From contig MU057560.1 in NCBI GenBank assembly GCA_013265495.1, positions 2,790,909 through 2,854,908 of the forward strand: a stretch of 64,000 nucleotides of DNA, given 5' to 3'. Each line of letters opens with the position of its first letter. Positions within the stretch are counted from its first letter, which is position 1. The notes under the pieces were generated by a model. It worked only from the letters and a program-made list of their open reading frames with translations, ran no database searches and was not told the origin of the DNA. Both the position numbers and the translations under genes were made by a program. Origin of the DNA: Vicugna vicugna. Taxonomy: Eukaryota. Below, in pieces: positions 37,639-49,620 of the stretch.

Positions 37639-39389
37639 TTAATGCTTGGGAAAACTCACAGCTGCTTTATTAAAGTTTTGTTTTACCGATATTAAAACTG
37701 GGCCTTAGAGGGGAGAAGCAACCAGGATGTGGTACAAGAATCTCACCCAGTGGAGGAGGACTGGGTCCTTGACGCAAAGCCTCATACCCGACCACCTGCA
37801 AAGTGCATGCTAGCCTCTCACCCTGCCAGTGGGTGAGAGAGAATGTTTATTGTATACACGTAGCCTTTCTGAAACCTCCGATGTGGAAGTTGCTTCCTCT
37901 CCAGATCTACCCAGAGACCTGTACACAGTGTATAAAATGCCGATCAGATTTAATCAGGGGTTATTTACGGTAGCGATGGCTCTACGTCCAGCCCTTCCCT
38001 GAGATGAACGCCTGAGAGGCCCAGTCTCCCGAGTGACGGAGGGCTTGGTTTGGGTTAGGAGCAAGGGGGCCTTTAGACCCACTCAGCAGATCTGCTGTTT
38101 CTTACTGATCAGAAGTCTTTCCAACGCCCCTCGGCTCCCAGACTTCCTGTCCTCGCTAACGGGCAGCTTGCCAGTCAGTTTCTGGAAGGAAATACAATGG
38201 AATGACTGAAGTAGATGCGTGAAGGTCCCTGGTCTGACTGAGATTCCAGGTGGGTTGCAAAGCCCCCAGCATCAGCTGCAGCCCCTCACACGTGTAGCTG
38301 CCTTGCAGGGAGGTGGCCTTGACCTTGGCCGGCTGTCTGGTGACCTGGGGTTGTTGCAGACAAAGGCTGCACTATGTTCGCTCTTTGTCGGGGTATTTTA
38401 ATCAGCGCTTGAAGTGAAACAAGATGGGTTTTGGTGAGTAGCCGTCTGTGCGCTACCTTCCCACCACTTCAGAGAACAATTAGCTCCTAAGCCTGGATGT
38501 GGACAAGCGCGGTGCTAACCCCCCGTGTGCAGAGACGTGCCGGACCCCCCCGTATAGGAAGCCCGGGTTTCTTTGCACTAATTCTCCAAAGGAGATTCCC
38601 TTTTGAGACCTGTTTGCCTTGAACTTTTCATAGGCTTTTGTGCATTATTAGCCAATGGTTTCCTAATTTCTTTTATCATGTATCTTTTTCTTTTTTTTCA
38701 AAACTGAGCAAAAACAAGTGGGTTCAAATTGAAGCCTCAAATCCCCCGTCAGGCCTGCAAGTGAAATATTCAGCTTTATTTTGTGATGGACAGAGCTGGT
38801 TCCCTGATAAACAGGTCCTGGTCTGCGACACACGGGAAGGTCATGAGAATCTAGGACAATGAAACAGGCAGGGCTGTCGGCCGCGTGGCGACAGGAACTT
38901 AAGCCACGGGAGTGGTCGTTTCAGCCAAAGGACCGTGTTGTTGGGGAGAAAAGGGAAGTGAACCAAGGAAGCAGGCTGAGACCTTTGGCAGGAGCAGGGC
39001 TGCTCTGCGGCGACCGTCTGTGTTTCCAGACTGATACGCCTCTAATCAGCTGCCCGGTGGGGCTTGCGCTAGAGTCCCTGGTCCCTGCTGGGCTGCCTCT
39101 GTTCTGCGGAGCCAGATCCTGTGTCTCTGCCCCACCCCTGGGGGGCTGCTGGGGGCGAGGCCTTCGGTGGGTGGCCCAGCACCCGGTGCCCTCGCTGCAG
39201 ACCCCGCCACCTCCCGTTAGAAGCTTCCAGTGTTTTCGGCGCAGCGTGGAGGCGCAGACAGAGGCAGGTGCGAAGCCTGCTTCCCCGCTGCCTGGGCTCT
39301 GATGCGGTGGGCGTCCCGACCGCAGCAAGCCAGACCTCAGACCAAGACTCTGCTCTGGTTCTTCTTGCTTGTTTGTTTCCACAAAGGCT

Positions 39390-39590
39390 GGCACGTGTTG
39401 TGCCGTGAGGCTGATGGGCCAGGTGAGTCTGTGGCGGGAGCTGTGCTGGGCTGTGTAGGGTGCTAGCAGAGGTCTTGGCTGCTACCCAGCAGATCTCAGA
39501 AGCCCCCCACCCTGACGTAACACCGTAACATCTCTAGGTGCTGCTGCGTGCTCCTTGGGAAGCGCAGCCACCCCCGGGCCTGGGACGCGG
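39390..39590 (+). mobile_element. MER20-like hAT-Charlie element
   Basis: gctgtgctgggctgtgtagggtgctagcag..ctacccagcagatctcagaagccccccacc..acatctctagg..tgctccttgggga matches the recalled MER20 layout. Confidence 0.6.
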
Positions 39591-40364
39591 CAGAACTCAG
39601 GGTGCGGGATGGTCTGATGCAGTAGCTTATCTGAACTCTGCCTTTATCACATGACTTGGGACGGGCACAGACACGGGGTCGGTCTCCACATCACATTCTT
39701 TTACACCCTGTTGTTGAGGTCAGAGGCACAGCCTCACTCAGGTCAATGATGCTCTAACGGAGTGAACGTATGCCATGCCTTTCCTAACAGTACCTCCAGA
39801 ACTCACTGCCACGTGTTAAGTCGGACCTGCTCTAACTGCAGATGGGACGCGGCATCCTTGCCCCCACCGGACTCTGTATACCTCTTCCCTGATCCCGAAA
39901 CCGGGGTGTCCGTGGACCAGGTGGGGTGTTGCATGTGTGGAGCTGACCGCTCCCCTAGCCATGCCCAGGCTGCAGCCGCTGCGAGCTTAGCGTCCTGAAC
40001 ATGGACTCGGAGCTGGGACCGTGGATCACACGGCAGAATCTTCTAAAATAGCATTCTTGACTGTGATTCTTTCTCTTGGTTTTTATGTGGAACTTTCTCA
40101 GGGGACAGAGTCTTGCGATGGTCCAGCTGCCTTTCCCGTTGGCTCCTGACCTGGTTTCCTGGTGCGTTTTTCCCCTGCCTTCCAGAAAAATTGTGGTCAT
40201 TCATCACTTTACCTTGTGGGGAGCCCCTGCTGGAAAAGGCCAGTCTTCCCACAGAGGGCTTCCCCCTCTGGTCTCGCGACTCTCAGGCTGCATGTGGCTC
40301 TGACCTTCGTCACAATAAGTCATGTTTATTCACCGCTCGCCACAGGCTGGCTGGCTCCCCCAGG

Positions 40365-40530
40365 TATGTTCAGGCCCTTTATTTCTTGTTCACTCTTCAT
40401 AACCCTCCTGAAAGTAAGATGTTTCCACCTGCATGTTTTGGAGTAGAAATGAAAGGTCAGGAAAGCCGACCAACTTGACCTTGGTCACGAAGCTGGGATG
40501 CGGCCAAAGCAAGGTTCCAGGACCACGCAG
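40365..40530 (-). mobile_element. MIR fragment
   Basis: ctcttcataaccctcctgaaagtaag..gcatgttttggagtagaaatgaaaggtcag..aacttgaccttggtcac resembles MIR. Confidence 0.55.
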
Positions 40531-41949
40531 GCCTGTCTTCAGAGCATCGTGGTTTCCATGGTGACACACTCCCACCGCATGTTGAGTGTTTAAAAGCCAC
40601 CGTTTCAGACTCATTTCGGACTCCACAGTTTTCCTCTCCTCCTTTCCTTCGACTCACTTCACTTGCTGTCGCTTTTTCCGGAGAGGCACCAGTTTACCAG
40701 GTAAACGGCTCGTGCTTGTATGGTAGGAATGATGCCCAGTTCGCTGGCACATTTAGGAAAAACCAGGACCAGTAAACAGGTATCAGCTTTTATTCAGCAT
40801 CAAGCCCTGTGCTGCACAGTCTTCAGACAGTTGAAAAGCTAACCTGTACGCGGCTTTGCTGTTAATTAAGGAAAAACTCGGTTTGCACCACACTCTCGGG
40901 AACCACGGATGAACCTGCAGACCCAGCTGACCGTGGTGATGCCCACCTTCCCCCTTTACCTGCGGCCCCCAGCCCTTCCCCAGTGACGAGGAAATTCCGA
41001 GCAGAATGGAGGGAAGACGGTAGTGCCAGCAGGAGCCAGGTCGGACCACGGAGCCGTGTCTGGATGGGGCGGAGGGGCAGGGACCCGCTTGGAAGGGGTC
41101 AGCTTCCCCTCTCAGTGCCCTTCTGCCCCCGCGGGGACGTGGTCCCGGCGAGGAGGGGGCTGCTCGGCGAGGCGGGCTCAGTGTGTGCTGTGCAGGCGTC
41201 CGGGAGCTCCAGTCTCACTCCCAGCCGTGGGACGATCCTCCCCGTCCCTGTGCGAAACCCCTGGAGAGGCCGCCTGGCCTTCTGGAAGGTGAAAACCAGC
41301 CTTCCCTGGGCGAACGTGCTCCGCGAGCCGCTCTGTGACAAACCACGGAGTTGCTTCCGGAGCCCTGGCTTCTCGCAGCCTGACTGCTGGGTCTTCTGTG
41401 CCAGCAAAGCACCTTCACCTGGTAGTTTCACTATAAACGCTAGGACGGTACAGACGACGCAGGGTGGGGACTGTTCACTTCCTGTGATTAGTTCTGAAAT
41501 AATTTCTGAACGATTTCTGAAAAAAACCTTGACGAATGGCCGCGGAGCACTGGTCAGCCTTCTGGTGAGTCCTGGGTTAGCTGGAGATGCTGGTGACCGA
41601 GGTGGTTTCCTGCAGAATCTTTGCTGACGTAAAACTTGAAAAAAGTACGTGAATGGACCGACAGACGGCTAATGGAAGACCCGCTTGGTTCTGAGCCCGA
41701 GTGTGGTCCTGAGTCCACCGTGGTCACATCTGCGCTGTCAGGGAAGCGCTTTGTCCGGCCGCCGGGGGTCGCGCCGTTTCCCTGGGGGGCACAGTGGGCC
41801 TGGGGGGCAGAACCACTGCCCCTCCTGGAGCGTTTTTGTGGCCACCGATGCAGTTTAGAGTTGAAATTGAAGACACCACCGACAGGAGAAGGAGCCCACT
41901 TCCGCTTGCTCCATAGCGGAAACCTGCCGTTTTAGGCCGCTGCTGAGAA

Positions 41950-43620
41950 CTGTTGAGTGGTGGTACATTCACCCACTGAGAGTATGCAATCCGATGATTT
42001 TTAGTGAATCCACAGAGCTGTGCACCTCTCACCACAGTCTAGCACAAGAGCTTCTCAACTCTCCAAAAAGCAGCCCCTGCCCTCAGCCTCACTCCCTCCG
42101 CTCGTCCCCCTGCCCTCGGTAGCCGCCTGGGGCTCGGCCTCTTCTCCACATCTCACGTAAATGGGATCACACGGTGTGAGACGTTGGGTGACGGGCTCGG
42201 TGTCATTCAGCATGGTTTCCAAGGTTCATTCGTGGCCCAGCCCGCACCAGGACGTCATTCCTCTTTCTGCCTGAATGGCATTCCCTGAGACGCGTATGCC
42301 ACCTTCACTTACGCCCTCATCAGCCGATGGAAACTGGAGTTCTCCCCACAGTATTGGAAATTATGAATAATGCTTCTGTGAACGTCTGTGTGCAAGATTC
42401 TGTGTGGTTACGTTTTCATTTCTCTTGGGCAGAAGTGACATTGCTGTCATGCTTCCATTCTGTGTCTAGCATTTTTTGGAGCTGCCAAAGGTTGACCAAA
42501 GTAGCTGCAATATTTTACATCCCCGCCCCCAAGGCATGAGGGTTCCTGCTTCTTCACATCTTTGCCACCACTTGTTTCCCTTTTTCTTTTTCCTCTCTTT
42601 ATTATATACAATAGCCTTTCTAACAGGTGTGAAGGGCTGTCTCACTGTGGATTGGGTTTGCATTTCTCTGGTGGCAGATGGTGTCCAGCATCCTCTCGTG
42701 TGATCTTTGGCCGTTTTTCTGTCTTCTCCGGAGAAATGTCAGTTCGAATCCTTTGCTCATGTTTAAATGGCTGGCTGTCTTTTCACAAAAGGATTATTTC
42801 CATTTTCCAGATACAAGTCCCTTGTCTGATTACGACTTGCAAATACTTCTTCCCAGTCTTCGTGTTTCTTCTTCACTTTCTTGATGGGGTTTGAGGTAGT
42901 TCAACTTACATTTCTGTTTTTGTGTTGCTTGTATTTTGATGTAGTTTGAAGCCCTGCCGCCCCCAGGTCATGAAGATTTACTTGTGTGTTTCTTCTAGGA
43001 GCTTTAAAGTATTAGCGCTGCATTTAGATATGCGACCCATTCTGAGCTCATTGTTGTGCTTGGTGGGATGTTAGGGTCCAGCTCCACTCTTTTGCACGTG
43101 GATGTCCAGTGAGCTGTTTCACACCGTTCGTTGACGACTGTTCTTCCCCAGTAACCAGCTCTGGAGCCCTCGTTAAAAACAAATCACCCGTCAATGTTGT
43201 GATTTATTTCTCAATTCTCAGTGCTTTTCCACAGACCTACACGTCTGTCCTTAAACCCGGCACCACGCTGTCTTGTTGCTGCTTCAGTTTTCTTCGTAGT
43301 TGTTTTTGAAGTTAGAGAATTTGACTCCTCCAACTTTGCTCTTCCTTTTCCAGATTGTTTTGCTTTTTCTGAATCCTTGCATTTCTGTATGAATTTTGCA
43401 ATCAACTGAATCATTTCATTTTGAAAAACAGCTGGGCTTTTGATGGGGTCTGCACTGAATCTGCAGATCAATTTTGGGAGGATTGATGTCTTAATAATAT
43501 TACATCTTCTGATCCATGAACATGGGATGTCTTTCCATTTACTTAGATCTTTAATTTCTTGAAACAATGTTTTGTAGTTTTTAGTGTACTGTCTTTGCAC
43601 TCTTCTGTTAAATTCTATAC
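41950..43620 (-). mobile_element. Older LINE-1 (L1M-type) 3' part with ORF2 remnants
   Basis: Minus ORF 43211-43600 NYKTLFQEIKDLSKWKDIPCSWIRRCNIIKTSILPKLICRF and ORF 42466-42663 (TPVRKAI..KWWQRCEEAGTL) are L1 ORF2 motifs. Confidence 0.92.
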
Positions 43621-43889
43621 ACTCTGTATACCCTGCACTGGGTGGCCACTGAATTCTTTGCTGTCTTTTTTTTTTACATTCTTGGGATTCTTTTGTTTGT
43701 TTATTCTTACATTTGTTTTTATACCTGTCTTCCTAGGCGTCACACCTGGTCAGTATGAATTATCAGTCAGGACAGGATGGCCCAGATTTTCCTAAATATA
43801 TGGTGTGAATGTCTTCCACTCCCTGCCAAGGGGTCTGTGCGAGAAGTCACCCCATCAAGCTTCAGCCCTTTTACAAAACATGTTAATTC

Positions 43890-44390
43890 TGTCAGAGAGG
43901 GAGAGTTTCACCCTCTACCCATCTTGAGTTCTTGTGGCTGGATTAGTAGCAAAATTGACACCAGGCAGATTAACAGGAGAAAAAACAAACAGATTTTAAT
44001 TTGTGTGCACAGAGGTGTCATAGAAATGGGACCCAAAGTGGCCAAAGCAGACAACTTTTATACTTTTTAGACAAAGAAACAATAAACTTGAGGAACTGAC
44101 AGGACAAAGATTGGGTGCTCCGTTAGTGAAAGCTAAACAGAGCTAGGGCTTGGGGCAGTGAATTAAAGGCGTGACAAGCTTTGTTTTATACACGCTTCTA
44201 GGCTGAGTCCCAGTCTGGCGACAAGGGTGGAGGCAGGGAGGGCACCTTTCCCAGCGGAGATTGAATTCCTGCTTTTCAGGGAGACAGAAAGGAGTGTCCC
44301 TCTTGCGTTAGTCATTTCTTAAGTAACTTTAACCCAAAGTAATCAGTATGCCAGCAAGGCACATTTCAGGCCAGCCGGCCCTGGGCCCCC
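43890..44390. mobile_element. Probable ERV1-class solo LTR
   Basis: Begins TGT; caaaattgacaccaggcagattaacaggagaaaaaac..catagaaatgggacccaaagtggccaaagcag..ttttatactttttagacaaagaaacaataaa resembles artiodactyl ERV1 LTRs from recall; 3' boundary and TSD not resolved. Confidence 0.55.
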
Positions 44391-44699
44391 GCGTCTCGCC
44401 CCCTGTGTGCAAGGCCCCCGGTCACCACAGGCGTGACGGAAGCGTCCCGTTGCCTCCTCACTCCTAGGCGTGCACGCAGCCTCCCAGAGCCCTGGGGCCT
44501 GCCGGAGCTTCCCGGAGGTCACGGTTCTCCCCCAGCTCGCTAGGGTCTCTCACAGACGGCCTTTTACGCTCCCAGCCGGGCTTCTGCTGGCCCGCCTGCA
44601 ATCACAGCCTCAGGCAGCGGAGCTTTGCCGGCATTTGCGGTGGTTCTGGTGACAGCCCGAAGGCAAGCCTCCCCACCACTGCACTCAAGAGCAGAGCTG

Positions 44700-45118
44700 C
44701 CCGCAGCAACGCGGTGGACCTGGAGGTCATCATTCTAAGAGAAATGAGCCAGACAGAGAAAGAAAAACACCATATGATATCACTTACATGTGGCATCTAA
44801 GAAAAAGACACAAAGGAACTTACTTACAGGACAGAAGCAGAGCCACAGACACAGGACACAAACATGGTTACCGGGGGAAAGCGGGTGGGAAAGGACAAGT
44901 GGGGAGTTGGAAATTTGCAGATCCTGACTGCTCGACATAAAACAGATACACAGCAAGCCTGTCCTGCACAGCAGAAGGAACTATATTCAGCCTTGTAATA
45001 GCCTGTAACGAGAAAGAAAATGAATGTATCTATGTGTATGTGTGTGAAACATCGTGCTGTGCACCAGAAGTTGACACCAACGTGGTAACCTGACTGCGCT
45101 TCAATTTAAAAAAATAAA
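44700..45118 (+). mobile_element. 5'-truncated LINE-1 3' end
   Basis: gcagcaacgcggtggacctggagg..cattctaagagaaatgagccagacagagaaagaaaaacaccatatgatatcac..ttcaatttaaaaaaataaaa; homologous to 22385-22850. Confidence 0.92.
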
Positions 45119-46049
45119 AGGGCGGGGAAGGAGCAGAGCTTCCGCAGGGAACGGCACATTCATACGAAGTGCTGACCGTGCCCTAAGCGGGGGCTTGCGG
45201 CGGAACCTCGAGGCTCGCCAAGTCTCCGCGTCATCCTCGCCTGCTCCGGGCCGCTGCTCGCACGCCGAGCCGGGAGGCGGCGTGGGGGCGGCCCCGGTGA
45301 AGACGTCACGGACTCTCACTCTCTTACCGAAATGCGGTGCTTCCTCTTGGTTGGTGGGGCAGTTCTCAGTTTGTTCTGTGGCTTCGGTGAACTGCCGTGG
45401 CTCTGAATGGTTGCCCTTATTGTTGCGTCAACCCACCGATTTTTAAATCTCCAGGTTTTCACTACTTCTAACAGTGTTGTTCATAGAACAGCTCCAGCTG
45501 CCGTTTGAATCACGTGTGGCTGGATAACTGAGGCACTTGCCTCTCCTAGAGTTCGTACAGTTTGCCTCTTACGACCCGGTGCCTGAGGTCCCACTGCCTT
45601 GCACTTCTCCTCATGGCGATGGAACCCGTCTTTCCCCACCAGACGGAGCTTTCCTCGTGAACCTGGTTCCCGCCTAACCGTCCCCTCTCACTCCTACAGC
45701 CTTGGCTGGAGAGTCTTAATCTGGGAGAATGTTGCCCCAGGTGGCTGTGGATTCTCTGGGATCGTCTGCACGGTCCAAGGCGATGTCCTGTGAATACTGT
45801 GTATCCATCCGTCGAGACACTCTGGTCTTGTCATATTTTCAGAATAAGTGACCCACAAAAGGTTAAAATCCTCTGATAGAACTTCTGCATTAGAAAAATA
45901 TTCTTCCTTTCTTTGTATCTCCTCTTCTCCAAAACAGCCAAGAACTTTAGCATCTCACAGACGGCCTCCCACCCCGGCCCCTCCTTCCTCCCCCCGGCCT
46001 GTGCCCTGACACAGCTTCCACCCTGAACACACCAACCCTGGACGGGGCT

Positions 46050-46230
46050 GAGAATGTGGACTCTTGGCCCAACTGGCCTGGTTTGAAACCAAGGCCTGGT
46101 TCTGCCGCTTAGAGCCCACGTGGTCCCGGGCACGTCCTTAACCTCATAGCGCCTTAGCTTGCTCAGCTGCAAGGTTGGGAGCCCTCGACGGTGCTGTTGT
46201 CAAAATTAAATAAGGTCATGCCAGTCACAG
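46050..46230 (+). mobile_element. MIR
   Basis: gagaatgtggactcttgg..cctggttctgccgcttag..gggcacgtccttaacctc..ccttagcttgctcagctgcaagg..tgttgtcaaaattaaataag. Confidence 0.7.
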
Positions 46231-46999
46231 GACGGATGCTCGGTGAAGGTCAGGTCCGAGTATCAGGTCGCCTCAGAGTTCAGGCCGCCAAGTGCCTCTC
46301 ACAGCCGCCTGCGTGAATGGAAATTGGTCCGACTGCCTCCTTGTGCGCGCAGTTAGAGGCCTGTGCCTTTTCTGTCTACACCGCTTCCTGGGCCCAGTTT
46401 AGCCGTCTTAGCCCAGGGCCCCTGAGCTTCACGTCCGCCTCTCTGCCTTTGTTTTCCACGTTCCCTCCAACGGGGCTGACAGCGTGTTTCTCTCTCACTT
46501 CTGACCTCAATTGATCCACCCCGTGGATCCCTCCACGCCTTCCTGAAGTTCTGTCTGTGGTTGACACTGCTTCCTCTGGGTTCGTCTCGAACGTGGTCTT
46601 TCCCACTCCTCTTGCAGAGCAGTTACTTAATGAAGGCGTGAGCATGTCCCACGCACGTGGCAATCTGCCCGAAGCCACGGGGGCTGTGACTTCTAGGGCG
46701 GCTGATAGAAAACTTCAGGAGAGTGTTTGTTATTTCTATTGATTAAGACTGAATAGGCACAATTCAAAGGAAAGACCTTTTGTGTGAAGCTAAAAATACA
46801 ATAGTTGGCATGTTTTATACAAAAAAAATTGGTTAAGAGGAAGAATTGTGAACTGACTCAGGTTACAGAAGGTGAGAGAGATTTCTATCATGGTTCAAAG
46901 AAACATTTTCCAGTCACCCACAGAACAAGTGAAATGATTAAGAAACTGGTTTATTCTATTTCTGTTGCTGTTAAGCTTTTCAAACCGAGTAAGGTTTCT

Positions 47000-47832
47000 T
47001 TTTCATCTTTTTTAATTGAAGCATAGTCAGTTTGCAATTTTGTGTCAATTGCCGGTGTACGGCGTAATAGCCCAGGCTTACATATGCGTACATATATTCC
47101 TTTCCATATTCTTTTCCATTATAGGTGACTGCAGGATATTGAATATGGTTCCCTGTGCTATAGAGTATAAAATTGTTGTTTGTTTTATGTATAGTAATTA
47201 GTAGGTCTGCCAATCTTGAACTCCCAGTTTATCCCTTCCAACCCTCTTCCCACCTCCAGTAACCTTAAGTTTGTTTTCTGTGTCTGTGAGTCCGTTTCTG
47301 TTCTGTAAATAAGTTCATCTGTGTCATTTTTTTAGATTCCACATATAAGTGGTATCACATGAGATTTGTCTTTTTCTGTCTGATTTACTTCATTTAGAAT
47401 GATAATCTCCAGGTCCATCCATGTTGCTGCAAATAGCATTAATTTATTATTTTTAATGGCTGAGTAGTATTCCATTGTATAAATAAACCACAACTTTTAG
47501 GTTTAGACATTTAGGTTGTTTCCATGTCTTGGCTGTTGTAAATAATGCTGCTATGATCATTGGGGTGCATGTATCTTTTCGAATTAAAGTTCCCTCTGGA
47601 TATTTGCCCAGGAATGGGATTCCTGGATTACATGGTAAGTCTATTTTCAGTTTTTAAAGGACCCTCCATACTGTTTTCCACAGTGGCTGCACCAAACTAC
47701 ATTCCCACCAGCAGCGTAGGAGGGTTCCCTTTTCTCCACAGCCTCTCCAGCATTTGTCATTTGTGGACTTTTGAATGATGGCCATTCGGACTGGTGTGAG
47801 GTGATACCTACTTGTAGTTTTGATTTGCATTT
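47000..47832 (-). mobile_element. 5'-truncated LINE-1 (ORF2 C-terminus and 3'UTR)
   Basis: Minus [47 protein letters not shown] is the L1 ORF2 cysteine-rich domain; T-tail at the left end. Confidence 0.95.
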
Positions 47833-48019
47833 CAGAATAGAGTTTAATAAACATTCACTGAGTGATTTCTTCTCATTAAGCCTGCGTCTTGCTTGGAGCT
47901 TAAAGCTACCACGTTGTCGGGACCTTAAAGCTCATGTGGGTAAGCTGTGTAATTACTATAGAAGGTGAGCAGACGCAAGTCAGGAGGGCGGAGCTGCAGG
48001 AGCGCAGAAAGCAGCCCTG

Positions 48020-48720
48020 CCCTCTGCCCATGAGGATCGGGGAGACGGAGAGGAAGGCTTTCCTGGACATGGAGATGACACCTCAGCTCAGTGCCGAAGG
48101 ATGATTAGATAAAAGGGAGAAGGACGGAACATTCCAGGAGGAAGGAAAACGTGGCGAGTGTGGAACCAAAGTGTGGAACAACAGGGAGTGTCCAGCGGAG
48201 TCACTGACATATGTTGTCTGAGACGGTGGAGGCTGCAGGTGGGGACTGAGAAGTGGCTTTGGTCACACGTGGAGAAGCCTGGATCATGAGCGTGGGTTGA
48301 TTGATCAATCGATTGATTGACTTTTGTAGTCAGTGGGAACCCAGTAAGGGGGTTTAGGAGAGGACAACCATGTTGATGACTGTGCTGGCTGTGCGGAAGG
48401 GGGTGAGCAGGAAGGCCAGGTGGGCACTGAGGTGAGAAAGTGCGGCCTGGACCACGGCAGGAGGGAGGGAGTGAGGAGATGGGTGGCTTGGAGAACCGTC
48501 AGTTTGAGCAGGAGTGTGAGGAGGAGAAGGACCTGTCTCCAGTGTCTCGAGAGGCTGGCCCTTCGCAGGTCCGAGGGCAGGAGGAGGACCCTCTGCAGAA
48601 AAGGCCACGGGCCTGACCAGCTCAGCCTTGGACCTGAGGGCGCCGGGAACATTCCAGGAGATAGTTCTGGACGTTTGGATCCACAAACGTGGAGCTCACT
48701 GAAGTGCTTGGGACACACTC
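48020..48720 (-). mobile_element. Degenerate LINE-2
   Basis: ggaaggctttcctggac..tcagctcagtgccgaaggatga..aacattccaggagga..gtgggaacccagtaagggggttt..ggcctggacc follow antisense L2. Confidence 0.6.
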
Positions 48721-49139
48721 GCGAGTTGTCAGCACATCAGTGGCAGCAAAACTCTGAGAGGCGGCGCTGCTGCCCAGGGAGGCTGAGAAGACCCCCGGCA
48801 ACCACCCGAGGGGCTGGGTGCGCACGGGTGGGGGGTGGCGCCGAAAACACATCAAAGGGGAGTGGCCAGCACGGGGGGAGCCTGGAGAGTGGCCTCTGGC
48901 TGACCATCTTCCAAGCTGACCGTGCTCATCTTCCAAGGGAAGCTTGACACACTTGTTTGGAGGACAGTGACGCCCGATGGTGCGACGGGAAACCCGAACG
49001 TTAGCATCTGCATCTGCGACTCTGTATCCGTCTTCCAACCGCACGTCTCCGCCTGGACACCCCAGCTTCATCTCAGAACCAAGCACAAGCGAAACAGTTG
49101 AAACCCTAACCTGCGACTCTGGCGTTTCCGGTCCCTGCG

Positions 49140-49620
49140 AATCTCTAGCCCCAGTTTGCGGTCCCGATTGCCTCCTGCCTGGGACACTGGAATAACCTCC
49201 AGGTTAGTCTGCCTCCCTCTGGACTCACTTCCCTTGTCAGACTTTCACATTCCAGCCAAAGTGAACTTCAGACACTGCAGAGTCTCTGCCCTAGGCAGAG
49301 ACTTGAGAAGCTCCCCGCTCAGTCTGACTTGCGTCAGGACGGCGGCCGCGCGCCCGCCCCGCCGCCGTGCTGGCTTATTCCGGGGCTGCCTTCTGTGGGA
49401 AGCGCCCCCACCCCCGAGCTGAGGAGCCTGTCCTTGCAGCCTGTGCCCCAGCGGCCTGTGCTCCTGGGCCGCAACGCTGTGGTTTCGTGTGCGGCGACCT
49501 GTTTGGTTGCCAGCAGTGCACACTGGACCGCACGCTCGCTGAGGACGGGCTCCGTTCCTTGTCTCTGAGCTGATAACGCACAGGAACTTTCAGTGGATAC
49601 TTGGCTGAAGGAACGCCTCC
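49140..49620 (+). mobile_element. Degenerate LINE-2
   Basis: cctgcctgggacactggaataacctcc..ttcacattccagccaaagtgaacttcagacactgcagagtc resembles L2. Confidence 0.45.

Noticed and set aside
43211..43600. 129-aa ORF as a host gene
   Set aside because: It is a decayed L1 ORF2 fragment inside a longer L1 remnant.
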